Of a stretch of DNA of 64,000 nucleotides, positions 37,130 to 46,684 are shown piece by piece. The stretch comes from Candidatus Latescibacterota bacterium (lineage in GTDB: Bacteria > Krumholzibacteriota > Krumholzibacteriia > WVZY01 > JAKEHA01). The translations under genes and the position numbers were made by a program. The notes beneath the pieces are model-generated. The model was given only the letters and a program-made list of their open reading frames with translations. It made no database searches and was not told where the DNA came from. The stretch covers positions 2,976,001 to 3,040,000 of the forward strand of contig OY970173.1 in NCBI GenBank assembly GCA_963707635.1. The letters run 5' to 3'. Positions within the stretch are counted from its first letter, which is position 1. The number at the start of each line of letters is the position of its first letter.

Positions 37130-38932
37130 ATGCCGTACCGGATTCATGCCCTGGCACGCGTGGTCGCCGTGGCGATGCTCGTGGCGCTCCCCGCCCCGGT
37201 CTCCGCGCTGGTTCACTACGACTTCGAGCAGACGCTCTTCAGCGAGGCTCCCGAGCCGGTGCTCGACCACTGCGTCGTGGAGCAGGACAGCGTCTATCAC
37301 CTCTTCTACCTTCGGGGTAACCCCGCCGTCAACATCGGACACGCGACCACGACCGACTTCATTCACTGGCAAGTCCTCACTCCGGTGCTGGCACCCGGCT
37401 CCTGGGACACGAGGCTGTGGGCACCGTGCATCCTCCGCCGGCCCGACCAGACGTGGCTCATGTACTACACCGGCGTCAACCTGGCCGGGGCGCAGCAAAG
37501 TGGCATCGCCGTATCCGAGGACCTGGCCGAATGGTTCAAGATCCCCAATCCACGCTACCACCCGGACCCGCTGTGGGCGCTGTGGATCGAAGACGGGTTT
37601 TCGCACGGCCGGGATCCGCACGTCATGGAGTACAACGGCCGCTACTACATGTTCGTCACCGCCAAGACCTTCTCGAATCAGGGGGCGGTCGCCTGCGCCG
37701 TGTCCGACGATCTCTTCAATTGGGAGGACATCGGACCGATTTACGTGCACGAGAACTGGCACGTGCTCGAGTCGGTGTTCATTCTGCAGCGCAACGACAA
37801 GTTTCACATGTTTTTCACCGAAGAGGCGGTCTACGGCACCTCCCAGATCATGTCGGACTCCCTGCTCTCCGGGTGGGACTTCTCTTCGCGTCGAATCATC
37901 GACCCCGGTCACGCGCCGCAGATCACCGACACCCACCTGGGGCAGATGTTCTCGCGGCATTCCGTCTACAACGACCAGCACGGAACGCTGCGCTACGTGT
38001 TGCGCTTCACCCCCATGATCTGGCTCGGCGACCAGGCCGTGGTCCCCAGGTGGCTGCCGCTCGGCAACGAATGGACGTTCGTGACGGGCGACGCCTTCTA
38101 CTACCAGCCCACGTTCGGCAACAACGCGTTCGTGCGCAACCAGGGATACCCGTCGTCGTTCGTCGGAGACGGGTGGATCAATACCTACGAGTACTATACC
38201 GGGCCGACGGGATACGGCCAGCCGGGCGACAAGTTCGGAGAGTTTAAGGTCGGTGTCATACGATCGTCGACCTTCTCGATCCAGGGCAATTCGATGAGCC
38301 TGCTCGTGGGCGGCGGCGACTACCCCACCAAATGCTATGTGGCGCTGGTCGACGCCGGGACGGGCCAGGTTCTCTACCGGGAGACCGGGCGCAACAGCGA
38401 CGTGATGGACAAGCGTTTCTGGAACCTGCGCCCGTACATCGGGCGGTCGGTCTACCTCGAGGTCGCCGACAGCTCGGCGGCCGTGTTCGGGCACATCGAC
38501 GTGGATGAAATCGTCGAGTCGTACGACCTGCTCCCGGGCAGCGGCGGCGGCAACGGCCGGATGGGGGGCCGCGGCCGCGCCTCTATCACCGTCTATAACG
38601 ACAATGTAGGCGGCGACGATCTTGCAAGCGCGATGGCGTCGCCCGCGCCCCAGAGCGCGCGCTTGTTCGCCAACGTGCCCAACCCGTTCAATCCGGTCAC
38701 GTCGATCGCGTTCGAGATTCCGCAGCCCGGTCACGTGCGCCTCGATGTTTTCGACGCCCGCGGCGCGCATGTGCGCACGCTCGCGAACGGGGCGCGCGAC
38801 GCCGGTCGCGGCGAGGTCGCGTGGGATGGGACGGACGCTCGCGGAGGCGCGATGGCGTCGGGCGTCTACTTCTACCGCCTGCTGCTCGACGGGCGCGAGG
38901 TCGCGACGCGCAAGATGGTCCTGCTCAAGTAA
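37130..38932 (+). CDS. Secreted GH32/GH43-like five-bladed beta-propeller glycosidase with FlgD-Ig/T9SS-like C-terminal domain
   Basis: Signal peptide, YHLFYL, WAP, RDPHV, LES. LLVGGG..GHIDVD accessory domain. NVPNPFNP...WDG.D..G..MASGVYFYRL...RKMVLLK. Confidence 0.82.
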   Translation: MPYRIHALARVVAVAMLVALPAPVSALVHYDFEQTLFSEAPEPVLDHCVVEQDSVYHLFYLRGNPAVNIGHATTTDFIHWQVLTPVLAPGSWDTRLWAPCILRRPDQTWLMYYTGVNLAGAQQSGIAVSEDLAEWFKIPNPRYHPDPLWALWIEDGFSHGRDPHVMEYNGRYYMFVTAKTFSNQGAVACAVSDDLFNWEDIGPIYVHENWHVLESVFILQRNDKFHMFFTEEAVYGTSQIMSDSLLSGWDFSSRRIIDPGHAPQITDTHLGQMFSRHSVYNDQHGTLRYVLRFTPMIWLGDQAVVPRWLPLGNEWTFVTGDAFYYQPTFGNNAFVRNQGYPSSFVGDGWINTYEYYTGPTGYGQPGDKFGEFKVGVIRSSTFSIQGNSMSLLVGGGDYPTKCYVALVDAGTGQVLYRETGRNSDVMDKRFWNLRPYIGRSVYLEVADSSAAVFGHIDVDEIVESYDLLPGSGGGNGRMGGRGRASITVYNDNVGGDDLASAMASPAPQSARLFANVPNPFNPVTSIAFEIPQPGHVRLDVFDARGAHVRTLANGARDAGRGEVAWDGTDARGGAMASGVYFYRLLLDGREVATRKMVLLK

Positions 38933-38985
38933 CCGGCCCACTTCTCCACTTTACCAGCGCGCGGAATCCACGTAGATTGGGCCTC

Positions 38986-39621
38986 ATGGCCTGTAGACTG
39001 GCGTGTGCGACCGCGGTACTGCTCGTCAGCGCCGTGCTCCCCGCGGCCGCCATGGACGCCACCGCCTCGAACGAACGCGTCGGCATCCGTTTCGGATACG
39101 AAGGCACCAACGACGGTCTCCACGACACCTTCGGGGCCGGTTGGGATGCAACCCTCTTCTTCACCGAAAGAATCACGACCCACTTTCTCCTCGACATCCG
39201 GTTGGGCGCCATCTACCTGGGAGACATGCTGACGACCGAGCTCGACGACGAAATCACCCACATGCCGAACGTGGTTTCGGAGATGCGGTTTCTGTATTTC
39301 AGCGTGGGGCCGATCGTGAGCGTCGCGCTCGGCGGTTCCAATACCGGCTATGCGAGTTTCGGCCTCGGCGTCTACTCCGTGAGTCTGCTGTTCGATTCCG
39401 GGGTGACGGCGTTCGACTTCAGCGACCAGCATCTCGGCCTCAACGGCGGGTTGGGGATCTCGCGGCGGATTGCGACCAGTTGGTGCGTCGAGATCAACAG
39501 CACCGTCCACTTTTTCGACGTCGACACTCAATCCAGCGACTTGTACTGGACGTTTACCGACGGCGCCGACAACCCGGTCCTGGTCAGCGTGGCGCTGGGA
39601 GTGACGCTCGACCTGCGCTAG
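38986..39621 (+). CDS. Putative outer-membrane beta-barrel protein
   Basis: Signal peptide and amphipathic strands (GYASFGLGVY, HLGLNGGLGI). Confidence 0.72.
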   Translation: MACRLACATAVLLVSAVLPAAAMDATASNERVGIRFGYEGTNDGLHDTFGAGWDATLFFTERITTHFLLDIRLGAIYLGDMLTTELDDEITHMPNVVSEMRFLYFSVGPIVSVALGGSNTGYASFGLGVYSVSLLFDSGVTAFDFSDQHLGLNGGLGISRRIATSWCVEINSTVHFFDVDTQSSDLYWTFTDGADNPVLVSVALGVTLDLR

Positions 39622-41672
39622 TCCCGGGCGCCGCTGGTGTCCGCCATCACCGCGATTTCGAGTTTGCGAATCAACTCCCCGGCTTCGAGGTCGGACGGGT
39701 TGAGGGCCGCGTACTTTCTCATCGCTTCCAGCGCGGGGCGGGGCCGTTTCTGCGACGCGTACGCCATCGCCAGGTTCTTGTACCCATTCGCGTAGTCGGG
39801 GAATCTCTCCGTGGTCTCCAGGAACGTGGCGATCGCTTCGTCCACGCGGCCCGTCTCCGCGTAGGACGCGCCGAGATTGTTGTACGCCCGGCGGTAGCCG
39901 GGGGAAACTTCGATCGCCCTGCGAAACGCGGCGATGGCGTCGTCGTAGCGCTTCAGCTCGCGATAGGTCACGCCCAGGTTGTTGTAGGCCTGGGCCATCG
40001 TCGGGTCGTAGTCCGCCGCCAGACGGTACTCGCGAATCGCGTCTTCGCGAAGATTCACCCGGCGCAAGACCTGCGCGAGCTCGTAGTGGACCGACGGCCG
40101 GTTGGCTTCGATCGCGAGCGCGCGGCGGTAGTCCTCGATGGCCTTGAAGTTGTTTCCACTCTGTTGATAGACGATGGCCCGCTGCAGGTACCCCTCGGGC
40201 TGCCCGGGGAACACCGCGATCGCCCGGGTGACCTCACGCAGCGCCGGCTCGAAGCTGCGCAGCTCGCTCAATCGCCGCGCGCGGCGCACCTGCTCGCGGA
40301 ATTGAATCGTATTGGGATCGACCTCGAATATGCCGGGGTAGGTCGCGAACAGCAGCGCGAGCGCGCCCACCACGAACGCTGCCCCGGTCCGGAATGAGCG
40401 CAGGCGCGACGGCATCGCGACCAGCGCGTGCCCGGCGAACAGGCACAACACCGGCGCCACCGGCTCGCGATAGCGGCCCGCGATGAAGAACCACGCGATC
40501 GAGACCACGCCGGCGAGCACGTACCCGAGCAGGATTCCGTACCGGCTCCACGCGCGCATCGACAGCAGCATCCCGAGCAGGCCGAAGACCATGATGAACC
40601 AGAGCGGGACGAACAGAGCGCGCAACCAGGGCAGCTGCCGGCGCTGAACGTCGAAGCTCTCGATCTGGGGAGCCTCGTAGCCGTTGAAGTAGAGCGCGAC
40701 CTTGCGCGCCAGCAGTATCCCCCAGCGCGCCGGAGAAGCGTCGATCTCGTCGCGTGCGCGTCCGAACCAGTAGGCCGACACCTCGGCAGGGCTCAGCTCG
40801 CGCCCGGTCTGCTGTTCGACGAACCCGCGGGTGGTGACATCGTCGATGACGTCGACGTCGCGGACGGGGACGAACATCCCGGTCGCGTCGCGGCCGTTGC
40901 CGATGTAGAAATTGACGCCCGCGTTCGAGGCCACCGGCGCGAACGCGCCGCCCGCCATGGTGTTGTGGACGAGGGCGGGGAGATTCACGGCGAACAGCGC
41001 GAGGACGAACGCGCCCGCGCGCTGATAACGCCGCGGGTGCCGTTCCTGGAAAAGGATCCATGCCAGCACAAAGGCGCTGAACACGAGGACGCCGGCGCCC
41101 GCCAGCGCCGACAGCCCTAGCACCGCGCCGGCAGCGGCACAGCGCCCCGCCGACGCGGACGGGCGCGCGTGCAGAATGAGGAGCGCCGCGCAGTTGAGCA
41201 GCGCCCCCATCCATTCCGCCAGCAGTTCGCTCTCGTAGAAGGTGGCGGCGCCGTAGAGAATCAGGATCGACGCGCCGGCGAAAGCCGCCGACGGCCGGAA
41301 GAGGCGCCGACCGAGCAGGAACGCCAGCGCGACGGTCGCTGCGCCGCCGACCACCTGGAGCAGGCGCACGACCATGAAGTCGCGACCGACGATGGAGTAG
41401 ACCAGGGAGAGAAACAACGGGTAGAGCGGAGCCATGAACAGGGCATCGCTTCGGAGCAGACGACCGTTCGCGATGTCCTGCGCCACCTGGTCGTAGTACC
41501 TGGAGTCCATGATAGGCACGCGCGCGTATAGCGCGTCCGCGCTGTGCACGACGTAGACCAGCTTGAGCACCAGCGCCACCCCGAACAGCGCGAGCGGCCA
41601 ACGCGCGCCCTGGGCGAGGGTGCGGTCGGCGCGTTCGAGGAAACGATCGATGGCGTCGAGTGTCCGCATCAC
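39618..41672 (-). CDS. GT-C glycosyltransferase (PMT/ArnT-like) fused to C-terminal TPRs
   Basis: DSRYYDQ.A..IA, PLYP.FL, multiple TMs, GVNFYIGN, RYR.P, then TPRs (AYNNLG). Confidence 0.85.
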   Translation of the reverse strand: MMRTLDAIDRFLERADRTLAQGARWPLALFGVALVLKLVYVVHSADALYARVPIMDSRYYDQVAQDIANGRLLRSDALFMAPLYPLFLSLVYSIVGRDFMVVRLLQVVGGAATVALAFLLGRRLFRPSAAFAGASILILYGAATFYESELLAEWMGALLNCAALLILHARPSASAGRCAAAGAVLGLSALAGAGVLVFSAFVLAWILFQERHPRRYQRAGAFVLALFAVNLPALVHNTMAGGAFAPVASNAGVNFYIGNGRDATGMFVPVRDVDVIDDVTTRGFVEQQTGRELSPAEVSAYWFGRARDEIDASPARWGILLARKVALYFNGYEAPQIESFDVQRRQLPWLRALFVPLWFIMVFGLLGMLLSMRAWSRYGILLGYVLAGVVSIAWFFIAGRYREPVAPVLCLFAGHALVAMPSRLRSFRTGAAFVVGALALLFATYPGIFEVDPNTIQFREQVRRARRLSELRSFEPALREVTRAIAVFPGQPEGYLQRAIVYQQSGNNFKAIEDYRRALAIEANRPSVHYELAQVLRRVNLREDAIREYRLAADYDPTMAQAYNNLGVTYRELKRYDDAIAAFRRAIEVSPGYRRAYNNLGASYAETGRVDEAIATFLETTERFPDYANGYKNLAMAYASQKRPRPALEAMRKYAALNPSDLEAGELIRKLEIAVMADTSGARD

Positions 41673-41720
41673 TTCGACGGCAACGTATCGTAAGCCCCTG
41701 ACACCGGCAAACGAAATCCC

Positions 41721-41749
41721 TTGACCGGGCGCGGCGGCGCGCCTAGCCT
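41721..41749 (+). promoter_or_regulatory. Candidate sigma70 promoter of pyrE
   Basis: TTGACC-N17-TAGCCT. Confidence 0.5.
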
Positions 41750-41802
41750 CGCGTACTCACGAAACGCCGCCAGCACCAGATGCCTCGCGGGAGATTCCAC
41801 CC

Positions 41803-42381
41803 ATGACGCTCCGGGACGAACTGCTCCAACACCTCCTGTCTCATTCGTTCAAGACGGGCGAATTCACACTCGCTTCCGGCAGGACCAGCAAATATTACAT
41901 CAACGGCAAATTGACGACGCTGGATGCGCGGGGCGCGTATCTGGTCGGCCGGATGTTTCTGGCCATGATGGCGGACGACGTGCCGGATGCGGTCGGCGGT
42001 CTCACGCTCGGCGCGGACCCGATCATCGGCGCGATGCTTTCGCTGGCGGGGCTCGAGGATCTTCCGCTGCGCGGATTCATCGTGCGCAAGCAGACGAAAG
42101 ACCATGGCACCAAGTCGCTGGTGGAAGGGGCGCTGCGCGAAGGCGACCGGGTGGTGATCGTGGAGGACGTGGTGACCACGGGCGGTTCGTCGCTGCAGGC
42201 GATCACCTCGGTCAAAGCGCTGGGGTGCGAGGTGCGCCGAGTGCTGGCGGTGGTCGACCGCGAAGAAGGAGGCGGCGCCGCGCTCGCGAAGGAAGGGTGT
42301 CGGCTGGAAGCCGTGTTCACCGCCGCCGAACTGCTTGCCGCGGTTCCTCAGGGACTCCCGGGGCGCGGCGGCGACGCGTGA
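41803..42381 (+). CDS. pyrE: Orotate phosphoribosyltransferase
   Basis: GEFTLASGRTSKYY, GGLTLGADP, VRKQTKDHG, VEDVVTTGGS, VVDREEG. Confidence 0.95.
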   Translation: MTLRDELLQHLLSHSFKTGEFTLASGRTSKYYINGKLTTLDARGAYLVGRMFLAMMADDVPDAVGGLTLGADPIIGAMLSLAGLEDLPLRGFIVRKQTKDHGTKSLVEGALREGDRVVIVEDVVTTGGSSLQAITSVKALGCEVRRVLAVVDREEGGGAALAKEGCRLEAVFTAAELLAAVPQGLPGRGGDA

Positions 42382-42393
42382 GCGCGCGGCGGG

Positions 42394-43551
42394 TCATTCG
42401 ATGAGGTGCCCCGTCCGCCCGAGCAGTTTGCCCAGCAGCAGCCCCCACACGGGCGCGGCATAAGCCAGGGCCGCCGCCGAGATGATGCCGCCGGCCACCG
42501 GGATGCCGCTGGTCAGCGCGCGCAGGACGACGACGGGGAGGCCGATGACGGCCACCAGTCCCACCGAATAGATGTACTCGTGCTCCATCCGGATGATCGT
42601 GCGCACGAGGCGGCGCGGATCGAGCGTCTTCGCGACTGAACCGGTGAACCCTCCGATGGAGACCATCGCGGCGGGCAGATAGACCGCGGCCACGACGCTG
42701 GCCGTCACCAGCGCCACCGGACTCCTCGATACGAACCCCCACAGCGACTCGCCGCCGCGGCCCTGCGCCAGCATGGCGAGCTTGGAGCTGCCGGCGATCA
42801 CGATTCCCCACTGCACCACGACCACACTCATCAACAGGGCGGGCCGCAGGAGCTTGCGCCACGGGTCGGCGAACGAGCGGTTCCATTCCGGCGGGCGGGC
42901 CGCGCCGCGAGCCGTGTACTCCATGATCTGAAACAGCCACAACCACAGGAGCGCGGCGCCGATGAATCCGCCGAACGGCACCCACCCGAGCCCGGCGAGC
43001 ACCGCCGCGGGCACCGCGACGTAGAGAGGTCCGCGGGCGAGCGGCATGGTCGCGAGCTCGCCCAGATCGTCCCACGCAGGCGCGGGGCGGTCGAGATAAC
43101 GAAATGCCTTCTGTTCCGCTTTCGAGAAGCGCCGCTTGACCTCTTGCGCCGCGCGCGCGTGGTAGGGGTAGCGGTGCAGCACGGTCTGGAAGTGAGCCCG
43201 CGCCTCGTCGCGGTGTCCGAGCTGGGCGGCGAGAACGCCGGCGTCGAGCTGGAACTCCAGCGTGTCGGGCGATTCGGTCGCGCGCTCGAGGGCGGCTTTG
43301 TATTCTTTTTCGACCCGCGCGCGCTCATCGTTCACGGGCGCGGCCGAATCCGACCCCGGGGATGCGCCCGGGAGATACTCCGCAAACCGGGTCTCTCCCA
43401 GTACCGCCCAGCGGTCCTCGTCGGGCAGGAAGATGCGGACGGCGGCGGACAGCTCGCCGCTGCGGCAGAGATCCTCGATCTCCTGCCAGGTCCACTGCTC
43501 TTCCCGAGTGGATCCTTCGCGAAGGACGTAGTAAAGGGTTCCGGTCGTCAT
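42394..43551 (-). CDS. GYF_2-like + TPR + multi-TM hypothetical protein
   Basis: N-terminal YY......EIEDL.RSGEL.....IF.....W pattern, one TPR pair, several TMs. Confidence 0.72.
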   Translation of the reverse strand: MTTGTLYYVLREGSTREEQWTWQEIEDLCRSGELSAAVRIFLPDEDRWAVLGETRFAEYLPGASPGSDSAAPVNDERARVEKEYKAALERATESPDTLEFQLDAGVLAAQLGHRDEARAHFQTVLHRYPYHARAAQEVKRRFSKAEQKAFRYLDRPAPAWDDLGELATMPLARGPLYVAVPAAVLAGLGWVPFGGFIGAALLWLWLFQIMEYTARGAARPPEWNRSFADPWRKLLRPALLMSVVVVQWGIVIAGSSKLAMLAQGRGGESLWGFVSRSPVALVTASVVAAVYLPAAMVSIGGFTGSVAKTLDPRRLVRTIIRMEHEYIYSVGLVAVIGLPVVVLRALTSGIPVAGGIISAAALAYAAPVWGLLLGKLLGRTGHLIE

Positions 43552-43623
43552 AAGCTCGCCGAGAGGTACGGTCCGCAGCTGCTGTGCACGCCGTGTGCCA
43601 ACCCGGGGCGCAGCCCACAATGC

Positions 43624-43652
43624 GAAGGGCCCGCCCGGAGGGCAGGCCCTTC
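43624..43652 (-). terminator. Hairpin downstream of the PEP-CTERM gene
   Basis: GAAGGGCC...GGCCCTTC stem. Weak U-tract. Confidence 0.5.
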
Positions 43653-43683
43653 ATTGACTCGGTCGGTGTTAGAGGAGCGGGAG

Positions 43684-44205
43684 CTACACGGTCGCGTTCT
43701 GACGCCGCCGCATCCCCGCGTAGAGGCCGATCATCATGAGACCGGTGCCCAGGAGCATCCAGGTCGACGGCTCGGGCGTCGCCTGCGTGCCGCCACGCCG
43801 GTCGCGATCGCGACCCAGGTCGCGAGTGTTGCCACCCCGGCTGCTACCCGGACGGCCGCCCGGGCGCGTGTCGTTCCACTCCATGATCCCGCCTCCACCG
43901 TTGCCCCCCCGGGACCGGCTCGAGAACGAAGAATTAGAGAACGTCGCCCCGGCACCTGTCGTGACCAGGAAGCCGCCGTTTGCGCCCAGCGTGGGCGCCG
44001 AACCGGCGAAAGACCCCGACGCGGCGTCCGTCTTGTCCGCGAGCGAGGCGTTGAGCTGATCCTGAACCGCGTCGACACGGAGATAGTCCGTGGACTCCAT
44101 CCGAGCGTGTGCGCTCGAGTTCGACGCGGACAAAATCGATGCGGACGACTGCGTCGATGCGACGACAGTCAGAGCCAATGCAGCAACGGTGAACCGCGCG
44201 TTCAT
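43684..44205 (-). CDS. PEP-CTERM sorting-domain protein
   Basis: Signal peptide, then TPEPSTWMLLGTGL-TM-RRR C-terminus. Confidence 0.9.
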   Translation of the reverse strand: MNARFTVAALALTVVASTQSSASILSASNSSAHARMESTDYLRVDAVQDQLNASLADKTDAASGSFAGSAPTLGANGGFLVTTGAGATFSNSSFSSRSRGGNGGGGIMEWNDTRPGGRPGSSRGGNTRDLGRDRDRRGGTQATPEPSTWMLLGTGLMMIGLYAGMRRRQNATV

Positions 44206-44270
44206 CGAGTTCCTTTCGAAGTGCCAGACTGCAGCACGAAGAGGGGGGTGAATTGTCCTCGATGTCGCAA

Positions 44271-44287
44271 AGCAGGAGCGATGCCTG
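44271..44287 (-). promoter_or_regulatory. Sigma54-like promoter of the PEP-CTERM gene
   Basis: CAGGCATCGCTCCTGCT = GG-N10-GC. PEP-CTERM genes are commonly sigma54-associated. Confidence 0.5.
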
Positions 44288-44509
44288 AAATACGACTGGC
44301 CATTATTCTACCAGCAGCATTAACTGCTTGTCCAGCATTAAGATAGTAGTGGCGGATACAGCGTATATGTCGGACAGGATTCGCTATATCGAATGGCTGG
44401 GTCGGGAGCGCGAGGCGACCCATCCGCACCGTAAAGCCCCCCCCGGGGCGTGCGAATTTTCCCTGTTTACCTTCTCGAAAACGAGGCCCGGCGAGGGTTC
44501 GGTGGGAGA

Positions 44510-44538
44510 ACGGGCGCCCCGCCCGGCAGGGCGCCCGT
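44510..44538 (-). terminator. Hairpin after the M16 peptidase pair
   Basis: ACGGGCGCCC-N9-GGGCGCCCGT, 10-bp perfect stem just after the stop codon. Confidence 0.6.
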
Positions 44539-44553
44539 CCACCCCACGGGTGG

Positions 44554-46656
44554 CTACATCTTCATGCTCTTGAGCTCGATATTGAGCCCTTGAGCGGGGT
44601 TCTCCTGCTTGACCAGAAAGTGGGGCATGGCTTTCTGGACATACATGATCTGCTCGCCGTCGCTGCTCTTCACTTTCACCTTGAAGGTGGAATACGGCCC
44701 GGCGGGGACCATGAGGTCCTGCTCGCCCGTCACCTCGATGGTGATGTTCTCGAGCGTTCCCGACTGCGCATCGAGCACCGGGAACTTGAACGACTTCCCA
44801 CTCTCGAGCGGCAAGGTCGAAATCAGGATGTCGACCGCGTTCTTCAAGATCGTCCCCTTGACGAGCGTCACGTCGACGTTCTTGCCGCCGTCCTTGCCGC
44901 CCTCGACCCGTCCCTTCGCGGTCCCGTCCGCGAACGCGAGCTCCGAGGACATCTGCTGCGGCCCGGCCGCCATGGAGAACTTATAGGCTCGCGGCTCGAA
45001 CTCCGAGCCGAAAGTCATGGCCTCGTTCAGCGAGATCATCCCGGAAATCACCGACGAGGCGGCGAATTCCGACGACCCCTTCTTCTCGAGCGACACGTTC
45101 ATATCACCCAGATTCATCTCGCCGTACTTGACCGAATATGTCGCCGCCGTGTTTTTCAACCCCGACGTGTCGTAGTCGAAGTCCGTTCCCTGCACAGAGA
45201 GCTCGTCCATCGCTACGGGGTTTCCTTCGATGTCGAAGGTTGCCACCGAGGCAATGGGAGCCACCTTGTCCTTGATGGCGACGGCGTCGCCGACCAGGAC
45301 GATTGCGAGGTTGTCCGTCGGCAAGTGTTTGGCCATCGCGGTCTGAACATCCGCGGCCGTCACCTTGGCGACCTCCTTGCGGTAGTTCTCGAGGTAGCTC
45401 TTGTCCAGCCCCAGCAGCTTGATCGTCCCGATCTGCGCGGCAATCTGGCTGGGGGTCTCGATCGTGGTCGGGAAATTGCCCACCAGATACGATTTCGCGG
45501 TGTTGAGTTCCTCCGCGCTGACCGGTTCCCTGGTGATGCGCTCCAGCTGCACCAGCATCTCCGCCAGCGCGCTGTCGGACACTTCGGTGCGGCAGTTCGC
45601 CTCGGCGACGAAGATCCCCTGATCTTTCGGCTTGGTGAAGCTCGAGTACGCTCCGTAGGTCCAGCCGTGCTTCTCGCGCAGGTCGAGGAACAGCCGTCCC
45701 GTGCCGCCACCGCCGCCGAGGATGCGGTTGCCGACGGCGATCTTCGCCCAGTCCGGATCCGTCGGGCGAAGGCCCAGGAGGCCGACCCGGAGATTCGTCT
45801 GCACGGAACCCGGACGATGGTACAGCGCGATATTCCGCGCGGCTCGCCCGGGCGGGGTCGCATAGTTCGGCTTGTCCGGCGTCCCCGCCTTCCAGGCGCC
45901 GAAGTACTTCTCGACGTCCTTCTTGACCTGCTTCGTGGAGACGTCACCCACCACGAACAGGAGCGCGTTGTTGGCGACGTAGTTCTTGCGGTGGAACGCC
46001 ACCACGTCGTCGCGCGTGACGGACTCTACCGATTCGGTGGTCGGGTGGACGGAATAGGGGTGGCTGCCGTACACGACCTCGTCGAAGTGGCGATCCGCCA
46101 TCGCATCCGGGTCCGACTTCTCGAACTCGATGCCGGTTACGGCGCGCTTGCGCTCCTCCGCGAGCTCGTCTTCCGGGAACGTCGGATTGAGAATGATATC
46201 CGAAAGGAACTCGTACGCGGTCGGAAGATACTCGCTCAGAATCGAGATGGTGAGGATCGAACCGTCATTGTCGGCCGAAGCCTCGAACACTCCGCCCACC
46301 GACTCGATCCATTCCGCGAGCTGCTTCGAATCCTTCGTCGCCGTTCCCTTGTTGAGCAGCGAGCTGGTATAGGTCGCGAGCGACGACTTCCCTTCCGGGT
46401 CCAGGGTCGAACCGGCCCGGACGGCGAGCCAGATCGACGCGATCGGCTGCTCGTGGTGCTCGACCACGACCACCTCGAGCCCGTTCTTCATCACCAATTC
46501 CTGATACGCCGGAAACGAGAGCTTCTTCAGAGGCTCCGCCGGGGGCGGCGTTTGCTTGCCGGCCGCCGGCTTCGCCGCGTCGGCCGCGAGTGCCGCGCCC
46601 GCGATGCCCATCAGCAGGACCGTCAGCAGCGCGCCCATCCAACGATTGCTTTTCAT
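44554..46656 (-). CDS. M16B peptidase non-catalytic subunit with extra C-terminal beta-rich domain
   Basis: NGLEV, no HXXEH, RL..DLREKHGWTYGAYS. C-terminal VPAG...T.KV pattern. Confidence 0.88.
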   Translation of the reverse strand: MKSNRWMGALLTVLLMGIAGAALAADAAKPAAGKQTPPPAEPLKKLSFPAYQELVMKNGLEVVVVEHHEQPIASIWLAVRAGSTLDPEGKSSLATYTSSLLNKGTATKDSKQLAEWIESVGGVFEASADNDGSILTISILSEYLPTAYEFLSDIILNPTFPEDELAEERKRAVTGIEFEKSDPDAMADRHFDEVVYGSHPYSVHPTTESVESVTRDDVVAFHRKNYVANNALLFVVGDVSTKQVKKDVEKYFGAWKAGTPDKPNYATPPGRAARNIALYHRPGSVQTNLRVGLLGLRPTDPDWAKIAVGNRILGGGGGTGRLFLDLREKHGWTYGAYSSFTKPKDQGIFVAEANCRTEVSDSALAEMLVQLERITREPVSAEELNTAKSYLVGNFPTTIETPSQIAAQIGTIKLLGLDKSYLENYRKEVAKVTAADVQTAMAKHLPTDNLAIVLVGDAVAIKDKVAPIASVATFDIEGNPVAMDELSVQGTDFDYDTSGLKNTAATYSVKYGEMNLGDMNVSLEKKGSSEFAASSVISGMISLNEAMTFGSEFEPRAYKFSMAAGPQQMSSELAFADGTAKGRVEGGKDGGKNVDVTLVKGTILKNAVDILISTLPLESGKSFKFPVLDAQSGTLENITIEVTGEQDLMVPAGPYSTFKVKVKSSDGEQIMYVQKAMPHFLVKQENPAQGLNIELKSMKM

Positions 46657-46684
46657 CCCATGTCCTCCTTGGCGATGCTGTGGG

